From assembly GCA_035438525.1 (NCBI GenBank), contig DAORIL010000001.1, positions 1-57,852 of the forward strand: a DNA stretch of 57,852 nt. The letters run 5' to 3'. The DNA is from Pyrinomonadaceae bacterium. Lineage in GTDB: Bacteria; Acidobacteriota; Blastocatellia; Pyrinomonadales; Pyrinomonadaceae. How positions within the stretch are numbered: position 1 is the first letter of the stretch; each line of letters opens with the position of its first letter. Made by a program: the position numbers and the translations under genes. The notes below the pieces were generated by a model. It had not been told where the DNA came from and did not search any database. It saw only the letters and a list, made by a program, of their open reading frames with translations. Shown here one piece after another: positions 26,846 to 35,448 of this stretch.

Positions 26846-27152
26846 AAATATGTTGAATTTGTTCAAGTTATGGTGAAATTGCTGACGTTAAACTGGAGAG
26901 AAAACGGAGGTCGGTTTTGCCTTCAACTTTTTGAGCAATCCAAGTTGAGTGTCCTTTTGTGCTTCGCGCCGAAAGGACAGCAGGCAAGTTGCCCGCGTTC
27001 CAGTCAAATTTCCAAAATTTGAAACATTATCTTCATAATTTGGCAACCTCATCTTAAGTTTCGGTTAAAATGTTAAGCAACGGTTAAACTCAACAATTTC
27101 AAAATTTACACTCAATATCTTAGTTGATAATTTGTGATTTTCAGGAGGAAGT

Positions 27153-28388
27153 ATGAAACTAAAAAACACAAAATTACACATTTTGCAAAAAGAAAAAAAC
27201 TTGGAAAAAGTATCAAACGCAGGGATTTCGCTCCACTGTCATACCTTATTTTCCAAAGAAATACTTGATTTTGTGCCGTATTATGCTGAGAGAATTCCGA
27301 TTGTCAAAAATGTTTGGCAAAAGGAACGCGACAAATATTTTGAGAAATACGGTAGAGAAATTGATTTTGAAAAAGGATTTTGGCTCCCGCCAATGTCCGA
27401 AAAAGAGGTTTATTCAGCGGAAAAAGCGCAGATTGAAAGATTAGGCTTGAACGCAATTGTTTCGATCACCGATCACGATGCGATTGAGGGAAATCTGAGA
27501 ATTTGCCAAGAAACACCAAACGAACTTGCGCCGATTTCACTGGAATGGACGATTCCATACCAAAACGGATTTTTCCATATCGGCGTGCATAATTTGCCAA
27601 AAGATCAGGCAGCGGAAATTTCGCAACAGATTCTGGCATATACATTTAGCAAAGATAAAGTGCCGAATAACGAGCGTTTGCACGAGCTTTTTGCGATGCT
27701 CAACGAAATGCCCGAAGTTCTGATTATTTTCAATCATCCGCTGTGGGATATTGAAATGGCTGGCGCGGAAAATCACCTGATTCTGCTGAAAAACTTTTTG
27801 GCGGAACACGGAAAATGGATTCACGCTTTGGAAGTTAATGGTTTCCGTTCGTGGTCGGAAAATAAAGCGGTCATTGAATTGGCAGAATCTTTAGATTTGC
27901 CGATTTGCACCGGCGGAGACCGTCACGGTTGCCAGGCAAATACGGTGCTAAACCTAAGTAAAGCAAAGACTTTTGCCGAATTCGCGGACGAAGTGCGAAA
28001 AGATAAACACAGCGAAATTTTGATTTTGCCGGAATATAAACAACCTTTGCGTTCACGCCAATTGCAGTCTTTTGCCGAGATTTTGGCTTATCACAAAAAT
28101 TTTCCTGAAGGCAGAAAGCGTTGGTTTGACCGGGTTTATTTTGATATAGACGGCAACGGAATGCGTTCACTTTCTGAATACGGCTGGAAATATGGCGGTC
28201 CGTTCTGGGTTCGTTGGATAATTTCTACGCTCAGTTTTTTTGGAAATCCAAGACTTCGCCCGATCTATCAAATGTTTAGCAAATCTGAAGATGCTGTTCC
28301 TGAATCGTTTGGCGATGAACAAAATAATTTGAAAAATCAATTGTGGATTAGTAAAAAAGAAAAATTACTGACTAGACATCTTTCCTAA
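27153..28388 (+). CDS. PHP-domain metal-dependent phosphoesterase
   Basis: The PHP motif series is in order: SLHCHT (HxH), ITDHD, FHIGVH, FNHP, LEVNG, GGDRHG. A strong RBS (CAGGAGGAAGT) precedes the ATG. Confidence 0.75.
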   Translation: MKLKNTKLHILQKEKNLEKVSNAGISLHCHTLFSKEILDFVPYYAERIPIVKNVWQKERDKYFEKYGREIDFEKGFWLPPMSEKEVYSAEKAQIERLGLNAIVSITDHDAIEGNLRICQETPNELAPISLEWTIPYQNGFFHIGVHNLPKDQAAEISQQILAYTFSKDKVPNNERLHELFAMLNEMPEVLIIFNHPLWDIEMAGAENHLILLKNFLAEHGKWIHALEVNGFRSWSENKAVIELAESLDLPICTGGDRHGCQANTVLNLSKAKTFAEFADEVRKDKHSEILILPEYKQPLRSRQLQSFAEILAYHKNFPEGRKRWFDRVYFDIDGNGMRSLSEYGWKYGGPFWVRWIISTLSFFGNPRLRPIYQMFSKSEDAVPESFGDEQNNLKNQLWISKKEKLLTRHLS

Positions 28389-28419
28389 CTCAAAAGAATT
28401 GAGAAACTTAACTAAATTT

Positions 28420-28560
28420 TTAACGCAAAGACGCAAGGAGGCAAAGGCGCAAAGTTTTATTAGGTAAATTTAAATTTTTATTTGTTCTTAAATTTTTAAT
28501 TTTTAATTTTTAATTTTTAACTTTTGCCTTTTCCTTTGCGTCTTTGTGCCTTTGCGTTAA
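28420..28560. repeat. Inverted repeat with GCAAAG-type arms; loop carries (ATTTTTA)4-5
   Basis: The left arm is TTAACGCAAAGACGCAAGGAGGCAAAGGCGCAAAG (28420-54). The reverse complement of the right arm is TTAACGCAAAGGCACAAAGACGCAAAGGAAAAGGCAAAAG (28521-60). An AT heptamer tract lies at 28491-28521. Confidence 0.85.
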
Positions 28561-28568
28561 AAAAATCG

Positions 28569-28606
28569 ATTGTGACAGTTAAAAAAGTGTCACAGTCTGA
28601 GTCACA
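28569..28606. promoter_or_regulatory. Candidate operator, copy 2 (inverted orientation) plus an extra GTCACA half-site
   Basis: The reverse complement of 28569-28596 is ACTGTGACACTTTTTTAACTGTCACAAT. Against copy 1 it shows 26 of 28 identities with a 1-nt indel. It lies about 40 bp upstream of the GT4 gene ATG at 28638. Confidence 0.5.
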
Positions 28607-28637
28607 TTTTAAAAATCTAAAGTTAAACTAAAATTGT

Positions 28638-29843
28638 ATGAAAAACAGTCTTCAAGCTGAAAAAAATCTCAGAGTCGCGTTTTTCCCGGATTCATTTTTA
28701 GAAATCAACGGAGCGGCGATGACGTTTAGAAAGTTTACCGAATTTGCCAAACGGCGCGGACTGCCTTTTTTATGTTTCTACGCAGGCGATAAAACCGAAA
28801 AAACGGTCGAAGGCAATTTTACGATGCAATCTTTGAAACATTCGCCGCTCGCAATTCCGATGGACGAAGGGTTGAAATATGATCCGCTTTTTAATCGTCA
28901 TCTCAAATTGATTCGCCAAAGTCTCGAAGAATTTCAGCCCGATATTATTCATTTAACAGGGGTTAATGATGTCAGCATTACTGCCGCGATTCTCTCGCAC
29001 AAATTAAAAATTCCGCTGATCGGCTCGTGGCATACGAATCTGCACGAATTTGCCGCGCGACGTTTAGATAAAATGTTCCGATTTTTACCCGAAAATTGGT
29101 GTAAATCATTGAGCGGATTAGCCGAAAAATTAATTTTAGCTGGCGAAATTCTCTATTACAAAATTCCGAAAACTGTCCTTGCGCCAAACCAGGAATTGAT
29201 CGACCTGATTAAAAAAGGCTCAGGCAGAGACGCATTTTTGATGACGCGCGGAGTTGATTCAGATTTTTTTTCTCCAGCAAAACGAACGGTCAATGACGGC
29301 ATCTTACGAATTGGCTTTGTCGGCAGATTGCGGGTTGAAAAAAATGTCGGATTATTGCCCAAATTAGAACAGCGTTTGCTTGAATTAGGCAAAACAAATT
29401 TTAAGTTTTTGATAGTTGGTGAAGGGAATGAAAGAGAGTTTTTAGAGCAATCAATGCAAAATGCCGAGTTCACAGGTTTCGTGACGGGTGACAAACTTGC
29501 CCAAATGTATGCTAATATGGATATTTTTGTCTTCCCATCCGAAACCGATGCGTTTGGTAATGTGGTGCAGGAAGCAAATTGTTCGGGAGTTCCGGCGATT
29601 GTCAGCAATTTCGGCGGACCAAAATTTGTCATCAAAGATGGCGTAACAGGTTTTGTCGCCAATAATTTTGAGGATTTTGTCAAATACACCGTTGAGTTGA
29701 TGGACAATTCGGAAAAATTGTCGAAAATGAAACAAGCATCCCGCGATTTTGTCATTGCAAATTCTTGGGATTCGGTTTTTGACGAAGTTTATCAGAACTA
29801 CGAAAAAACCATCAAAATTGCCGCCAAAACTGAAAAGAAGTAA
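28638..29843 (+). CDS. GT4-family glycosyltransferase (lipid glycosyltransferase-like)
   Basis: The N-terminus RVAFFPDSFLEINGAAMT resembles the FxDxxxPxxxG pattern of MGS/SqdX-type enzymes. The C-terminus is FVFPSETDAFGNVVQEANCSGVPAIVSNFGG. Confidence 0.8.
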   Translation: MKNSLQAEKNLRVAFFPDSFLEINGAAMTFRKFTEFAKRRGLPFLCFYAGDKTEKTVEGNFTMQSLKHSPLAIPMDEGLKYDPLFNRHLKLIRQSLEEFQPDIIHLTGVNDVSITAAILSHKLKIPLIGSWHTNLHEFAARRLDKMFRFLPENWCKSLSGLAEKLILAGEILYYKIPKTVLAPNQELIDLIKKGSGRDAFLMTRGVDSDFFSPAKRTVNDGILRIGFVGRLRVEKNVGLLPKLEQRLLELGKTNFKFLIVGEGNEREFLEQSMQNAEFTGFVTGDKLAQMYANMDIFVFPSETDAFGNVVQEANCSGVPAIVSNFGGPKFVIKDGVTGFVANNFEDFVKYTVELMDNSEKLSKMKQASRDFVIANSWDSVFDEVYQNYEKTIKIAAKTEKK

Positions 29844-29974
29844 GTGATTAGAGAAATAAGTGATTAAGTCAAAATTTGTGTCATAAATTAAATAGAAATC
29901 ATAATTATCAAACATTCCGACACAAAAATAACTTCTTAACCGCTCAAACGTCTAACTGCTTGTAAAGAAATAAA

Positions 29975-30760
29975 ATGAGTAATTTAGAAACAGAGCCAAC
30001 ACACGACGAAACTAATATTCGCGGGGTGTTGCAGTATATTGTCAGACATCCGTTTGAAATCCTGATTTTGCGTTGGCATTGGAAATCAGCACTTTTTAGC
30101 GGGTTGATCCGCACATTTATTTTTTTGATCGGCTATCACAATAAAGGCGCAGAAATTGCCCTTGCCGCTGCCGGAATTCAATTTGCTTTCCGCACGATAA
30201 TCGGTGGAATGGGCGGTGCAGTTATTCAAAAAGGCAGTAAAATTGAACCGCCTTGGCACGCAACGATTACCATTCCACTTATCATAACCGTCATCAGCCA
30301 CATTTTTGAATATATCATCCAAGTCAATTTTGATACTTATTACGGAACAAATTTAGCGGGAAAAACCGTTATCGCATCAATTGTTATTTCGATAATGTCC
30401 GCCGTTTTTAATTTATTCTTAATGCGACGCGGCGTGATGTTGGTCAAAGATGAGCAGGAAAAATCAATCTGGAAAGATTTTGCCTACATTCCACGTCTTC
30501 TCTTTGATTTTATAATGATTCCATCACGAAGTATTTACACCAAACTCCGTCAAAAACAATATTTGATGGCAATTTTTATTACACTAATGACAACTATCGG
30601 CACAGGTTTAATCGGAGCAATTCTGCGTTTCAGAGAATCCTGGGGATATTGGACAGGTGGAATTGTGTTTGGTTTGCTGATTATTTCGGTGATAATTATT
30701 GCTCTCGTAGATGCCCGCAAAGAAAAAAAAATTGAAGTTGTTGGTGAATTACAAAATTGA
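29975..30760 (+). CDS. Polytopic membrane protein, unknown function
   Basis: 261-aa ORF with about 6 hydrophobic segments and no recognised motif. Confidence 0.6.
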   Translation: MSNLETEPTHDETNIRGVLQYIVRHPFEILILRWHWKSALFSGLIRTFIFLIGYHNKGAEIALAAAGIQFAFRTIIGGMGGAVIQKGSKIEPPWHATITIPLIITVISHIFEYIIQVNFDTYYGTNLAGKTVIASIVISIMSAVFNLFLMRRGVMLVKDEQEKSIWKDFAYIPRLLFDFIMIPSRSIYTKLRQKQYLMAIFITLMTTIGTGLIGAILRFRESWGYWTGGIVFGLLIISVIIIALVDARKEKKIEVVGELQN

Positions 30761-30763
30761 TTG

Positions 30764-30798
30764 AGGAATTGGGAATCGGGATTTCGGATTTGGGATTG
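30764..30798. repeat. GGGATTT-type heptamer arm (left partner of 31639-31672)
   Basis: GGAATTG GGAATCG GGATTTC GGATTTG GGATTG. It is complementary to the arm 840 bp downstream. Confidence 0.8.
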
Positions 30799-30819
30799 CT
30801 TTTCTGATTGGGAGTTATA

Positions 30820-31629
30820 GTGAATAAATTAAAACTATTTATATTTATTTCGATTGTAACCCTGTATTTTACTATAAATAACATCATTGCTTGTCCAACA
30901 GATGAAAAAAGTCTACAAAAAGCGCAACAAGTTTGGGAAAAGGCAATAACTGCAATTGGTGGACGCGAAAGAGTATTAGACATTAAAAACCTTCTTTATT
31001 TCGATAAAAAGAAAACGGTTGTTTCACTTGATGTTTTTCCTGATAAATTTTGGTATTGGAGGAAAGATAGACAACCAATTGGAACAAGTGTTTTAACATA
31101 TGACTTTTCAAAAAATATTGCCTATGACATAAAAGACGATAAACACCCATTTTCCTATCCACTTACCAATCAAACCAAAGAAAGTATATTAGCTGGAAAA
31201 GTGATGTCTTTACTTGAAACAAAATCGGTTAAGCCAAAACTTCTTGGTTATGAGTCAACTAAAATCAATAATCAGGAATATGATGTCATTTGCACTGAAA
31301 TTACTTATCCAGACAATCAAAAAGATCAGAAGCAAGAGACTATGAGTGTTGATTATATCTTTGACCAAGGAACACACCTTTTATTTAGGAGTGTTTGGAA
31401 TTTTGATAAGTCAATTGGTGGAGGTTATTGGGCTATTGAGTATTCAAACTATACAGAGGTAAAAGGCATTAAGTTTGCTTCAAAGATTAGAAGTAAGCAT
31501 CATTATGAAAGAGATTGGACTGATTTTATCGAGTATACAACTGAAGTTGATGTAGATTATCGGCAAGATTTATTTGATAAACCACCATTAATCAAAGATG
31601 GTCCCGATGGTTGGAAGAAAAAGCCGTGA
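30820..31629 (+). CDS. Hypothetical lipoprotein
   Basis: I prefer the GTG at 30820 (GGGAG lies 5 nt upstream), which gives MNKLKLFIFISIVTLYFTINNIIAC (lipobox). No known domain was recognised. Confidence 0.55.
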   Translation: MNKLKLFIFISIVTLYFTINNIIACPTDEKSLQKAQQVWEKAITAIGGRERVLDIKNLLYFDKKKTVVSLDVFPDKFWYWRKDRQPIGTSVLTYDFSKNIAYDIKDDKHPFSYPLTNQTKESILAGKVMSLLETKSVKPKLLGYESTKINNQEYDVICTEITYPDNQKDQKQETMSVDYIFDQGTHLLFRSVWNFDKSIGGGYWAIEYSNYTEVKGIKFASKIRSKHHYERDWTDFIEYTTEVDVDYRQDLFDKPPLIKDGPDGWKKKP

Positions 31630-31633
31630 TTAA

Positions 31634-32956
31634 ATGACCAATCCGAAATCCCAATTCCGAAATCCAAAATCCGTCCATCTTACCAATTATTATCACAAAA
31701 ACTCCGGCGGAATCAGCACTGCTTATAATGATTTGCTTGCTGCTGCCGAAAGACATCAACGGTTTGTTTCGCTGATTGTGCCGGGTGAAGCGGACGAAGT
31801 TGAGCAAGTCAATCCATTTGCCAAAATCTACTACATCAAAGCTCCGAACTCACCAATTTTCGATAAACGGTATCGAATAATCTTGCCTTGGCAATTTTTA
31901 CCGAACGATTCTAAAATTCGCCAAATTATGCTGGATGAAAAGCCGGATTTGGTCGAAGTCTGCGATAAATATTCATTAAGTTTGGTCGCTGCAATGATTC
32001 GGAGAAATAAATTTTTGCAGCTTGGGAGACCAATGTTGGTCAATTTAGTTTGTGAACGGATGGACGATAACCTTCGGTCTTATTTGACCAAAAGCAAAAT
32101 CGGCAAATGGTTTTCAAACAAATTTATCAGTCATTACAATTTTCCACTTTACGATTTTCACATTGCCAATTCGCATTACACCACTTCGGAATTTAACGAA
32201 TCGCTTGAAGCCAACCGCAAAAGTCTGTTTCTGAATTACTGCTGGAAATTTTTTAAGGCTTCGCAAGTCGCTGAAAATGAACGAATTTTTGTTTGTCCGT
32301 GCGGGGTTAATTTTGAATATTTTGCCAAAAATAGAAAATCTGATGAAGTAAAAAAGGAAATGCGCCAAAAGGTAAATATTCCGCCGGCTTCAATCGTTTT
32401 GCTCTACGCCGGACGGATTTCTCCGGAAAAAAATATCGGTCTTTTGCTTGAATTAATGAAGGTTTTGGCACAAGACACAAAACAGGATTTTAGACTTTTG
32501 GTTGCCGGCGGTGGTCCGAAAGTTGATTGGTTAAAGTCTGAAACAGAGCAACATATTCCCAATAAAATCATTCAGTTAGGGCATTTAGAAAAAGAAATTT
32601 TGGCAAAATATTACGCCAACGCCGATGTTTTTGTGCACCCGAATCCGCACGAACCTTTCGGCATCGGACCACTTGAAGCGATGGCTTCGCGAGTTCCCGT
32701 TGTCGCTCCGAATTCGGGCGGCGTTCTGTCATATGCAACTAATGAAAATGCGTGGTTGGCTGAACCGAATAGCAAAAATTTTGCCGCGGCAATTCGTGAA
32801 ATTATCGAAAATTCAGAATTAAAAGAGCAGAAAATTGCCAAAGCCTTTGAGACTGCCAAAGCTAATTCGCGTGAGCGGTCAACTGACCTTATCTTTGCCA
32901 CTTATGATAAACTGTTTGCAGATTTTCAAAATCGCAAAGAACTTTTTGTAGATTAA
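31634..32956 (+). CDS. GT4-family glycosyltransferase
   Basis: VHLTNYYHKNSGGIST (GT4 N-terminal motif), YAGRISPEKN and FVHPNPHEPFGIGPLEAMASRVPVVAPNSGG (E-x7-E region) are present. Confidence 0.85.
   Translation: MTNPKSQFRNPKSVHLTNYYHKNSGGISTAYNDLLAAAERHQRFVSLIVPGEADEVEQVNPFAKIYYIKAPNSPIFDKRYRIILPWQFLPNDSKIRQIMLDEKPDLVEVCDKYSLSLVAAMIRRNKFLQLGRPMLVNLVCERMDDNLRSYLTKSKIGKWFSNKFISHYNFPLYDFHIANSHYTTSEFNESLEANRKSLFLNYCWKFFKASQVAENERIFVCPCGVNFEYFAKNRKSDEVKKEMRQKVNIPPASIVLLYAGRISPEKNIGLLLELMKVLAQDTKQDFRLLVAGGGPKVDWLKSETEQHIPNKIIQLGHLEKEILAKYYANADVFVHPNPHEPFGIGPLEAMASRVPVVAPNSGGVLSYATNENAWLAEPNSKNFAAAIREIIENSELKEQKIAKAFETAKANSRERSTDLIFATYDKLFADFQNRKELFVD
31639..31672. repeat. AAATCCC-type heptamer arm (right partner of 30764-30798), lying inside the first codons of the GT4 gene
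   Basis: The reverse complement is GGATTTT GGATTTC GGAATTG GGATTTC GGATTG. Translated on the + strand it gives NPKSQFRNPKS. Confidence 0.8.
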
Positions 32957-32983
32957 TTAACAAAAATCTAACATAGACTCATT

Positions 32984-34084
32984 ATGCTTGAATTAGTTTT
33001 AGCAAATTTAAAAACTCGCCCATTTCGCACCTTGATCAGTATTGTCGGAGTTTCTCTGGGCGTGGTGCTGATCGTCCTTTTTACCGGATTGGCGCGTGGA
33101 ATGGCGAACGATATGGTTAAACGTGCCAACAATTGGAAAGCGGAAATTATGTTCACGCGGGCAGGCGCGATGGATCTAACCAGCTCTAACGCTAGTCTTC
33201 CCGTCAAATACACCGAGAAATTATTAGAAATCGAAGGTGTTAAATCAGTCGTTCCGGTGATTCGATATATTACTACTACCCAAAAATCTGCCTTAGGTTT
33301 TCGCCAGCTTGACGGGGTCGAATGGAAACCATGTGCGGAAATGAATGAGATGCAAATTCTTGAAGGTCGTCCGGCAGAAGCGATTGATGAAGTCATTGTG
33401 GATGAACGCCAAATGCGTGATGATAAAATCACTTTAGGCGATACGATAGAACTTTTTGGTAATAAAAAATATAAAGTTGTCGGAGTTTTTAGTCCACCGT
33501 CAGGCGCACGAATCAAAATGTCACTAGCAGCGATGCAAAATGCACTTCAAGCCGAAAATAAATGCACTTTTATTTTAGTTAAAATAAAAGACGGAGCAGA
33601 CGCTGAAACAGTAGCGAAAAGGATTAACGAAGTTCTCCCCGGCAATAAAATCAATTTGACCAGAGATTTAGTAACGGATGCCCAAGACCGTATCCCTGCT
33701 CTAAATTCATTTTTGCGGATCCTAGTTGGACTTGGCGCATTTGTCAGCACAATTTTTGTTTTGCTTTCGATGTATACGACCATTACCGAACGGCGCAAAG
33801 AGATCGGAATTTTAAAATCGCTCGGTGCCTCAAAATCTTTTATCGTCACGGTTATCGAAAGCGAAGCCTTTTTTATTGGGCTTTTAGGCGTTTTGTTTGG
33901 ATTTTTAGTCTCTTTAATAGCTTCGCAATCCATCCAAAAAATTTACGAATTACCATTTGAATTTAGCTTAAATTGGATTTTAACTGCTGTTTTGATTGCC
34001 ATTGGCGGAAGTCTTTTCGGCGCACTGTATCCGGCTTGGAAGGCTTCGGGAATTGATCCGGTTGAGGTGATGGTTAATGAATAA
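32984..34084 (+). CDS. ABC transporter permease, FtsX/MacB-type
   Basis: An N-terminal TM segment, a large periplasmic domain and three C-terminal TM segments with ...ITERRKEIGILKSLGASK... (the FtsX signature). There is no adjacent ATPase gene. Confidence 0.8.
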   Translation: MLELVLANLKTRPFRTLISIVGVSLGVVLIVLFTGLARGMANDMVKRANNWKAEIMFTRAGAMDLTSSNASLPVKYTEKLLEIEGVKSVVPVIRYITTTQKSALGFRQLDGVEWKPCAEMNEMQILEGRPAEAIDEVIVDERQMRDDKITLGDTIELFGNKKYKVVGVFSPPSGARIKMSLAAMQNALQAENKCTFILVKIKDGADAETVAKRINEVLPGNKINLTRDLVTDAQDRIPALNSFLRILVGLGAFVSTIFVLLSMYTTITERRKEIGILKSLGASKSFIVTVIESEAFFIGLLGVLFGFLVSLIASQSIQKIYELPFEFSLNWILTAVLIAIGGSLFGALYPAWKASGIDPVEVMVNE

Positions 34085-34151
34085 TGGTTAATTTAGAGAT
34101 TAAACAATCAATTAATTAACAATTTATAATTAATCATTAACAATTAAATTT

Positions 34152-35357
34152 ATGAGTGCTAACGAAGCCACGCTCCAAAGCGCAGTCCAACACAAAACAA
34201 CCGTCAGCAGACAAGGCGTTTTGCAAAAAATGTTTGCCGTTTGGTTCGATGCCTTTGTTTATAACCAAATCTGGGAAGACCCGCGAGTTGACCTGCAAGC
34301 CTTAAAATTCGATGAAAATTCACGAATAGTTACAATTTCTTCGGGCGGGTGCAATGCGCTCAATTATTTGGTTGAAAAGCCCGAAAAAGTAACCGCAGTT
34401 GACCTCAATCGGCATCATATTTTTTTGCTTCGATTGAAGCTCGCCGCACTTGAGTTTTTGCCAGATTACGAAGATTTTTTTGCATTTTTCGGTTACGGCA
34501 AAGGCGAAAAAAATGTTGAAAATTATCGAAAATTTATTGCCCCGAATTTGGACGAAGCGACTCGTAAATTTTGGGACAAGAAAATCAATATTTTCAATAA
34601 AGACGGACTTTACGAGCATTCGCGTAACGGATATTTTCTGCGGTTCTTTCATCGTTTTGCCAATTTAATCGGGTGTCAGCCGCACAAAATTTTAGAAGCT
34701 AAAACGCTTGACGAACAAGCCGAACTTTACGATAAATACATCAATCCTTTTTTCGATAGTTTTTTTATCAAAACGGTCGGAAAATTGCCGATTACGATGT
34801 TTGGTTTGGGCATTCCTCCGCAGCAATATGAAGAATTGAAAAAGGATTTAGCCGAAGGCGGAAGCGTGATTGATATTTATCGGGAACGCGCCAAACGGCT
34901 CGCAGTTGATTATCCAATTCAGGAAAATTATTTTGCATGGCAGGCGTTTGCCCGTAAATACGACACGGAAAATCGCCAAGCTGTGCCCGAATATTTGAAA
35001 GCGGAAAATTTTGCTAGTTTGAAAGAAAATGTCTCGCGGGTCTGCACGAAAATCGGTTCGGTGACGGACGAAATTAAAAATCAGCCAATTGGAACTTTTA
35101 ACCGTTTTGTTTTTCTCGACGCGCAAGATTGGATGACTCCGCCGATTCTAACCGATTTATGGACAACAATTGCAACGCGCGGCGAAAAGAATTCGCGAAT
35201 AATTTTTAGAACGGCAGGTGCAGATTCTCCGCTTGAAAATGCGTTGCCAAGCGAGCTTTTAGCCAAATTTAAATACGAAAAAGATTGGTCGCAGGAACTT
35301 TTCAAACAAGACCGCGCCTCAATTTACGGCGGTTTTCATCTTTATATTTTGAAATAA
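34152..35357 (+). CDS. btaA: S-adenosylmethionine:diacylglycerol 3-amino-3-carboxypropyl transferase (BtaA, DUF3419 family)
   Basis: VYNQIWEDPRVDLQAL, ISSGGCNALNYL, FGLGIPPQQYEEL, ENYFAWQAFARKY, FLDAQDWM and RASIYGGFHLY match BtaA blocks as I remember them from Rhodobacter. Size is 401 aa. Confidence 0.85.
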   Translation: MSANEATLQSAVQHKTTVSRQGVLQKMFAVWFDAFVYNQIWEDPRVDLQALKFDENSRIVTISSGGCNALNYLVEKPEKVTAVDLNRHHIFLLRLKLAALEFLPDYEDFFAFFGYGKGEKNVENYRKFIAPNLDEATRKFWDKKINIFNKDGLYEHSRNGYFLRFFHRFANLIGCQPHKILEAKTLDEQAELYDKYINPFFDSFFIKTVGKLPITMFGLGIPPQQYEELKKDLAEGGSVIDIYRERAKRLAVDYPIQENYFAWQAFARKYDTENRQAVPEYLKAENFASLKENVSRVCTKIGSVTDEIKNQPIGTFNRFVFLDAQDWMTPPILTDLWTTIATRGEKNSRIIFRTAGADSPLENALPSELLAKFKYEKDWSQELFKQDRASIYGGFHLYILK

Positions 35358-35447
35358 GTTTTCAGAAAGTTGCAGAAAGTTACAGGAAGTAACAGAGTTT
35401 TTTAACTATCTGCAACTCTGAAAACTATCTGCTAACTTTCTGAAAAC
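35358..35447. repeat. Inverted repeat with CAGAAAGTT-type arms between btaA and btaB
   Basis: The left arm is GTTTTCAGAAAGTTGCAGAAAGTTACAGGAAG. The reverse complement of the right arm is GTTTTCAGAAAGTTAGCAGATAGTTTTCAGAG. Confidence 0.85.
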
Positions 35448-35448
35448 T

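Noticed and set aside
28491-28521. Possible CRISPR-like or array structure in the (ATTTTTA)n tract
   Set aside because: These are contiguous 7-nt units with no spacers. They lie in the loop of a larger inverted repeat, and no cas genes are nearby. This is simple tandem repeat DNA.
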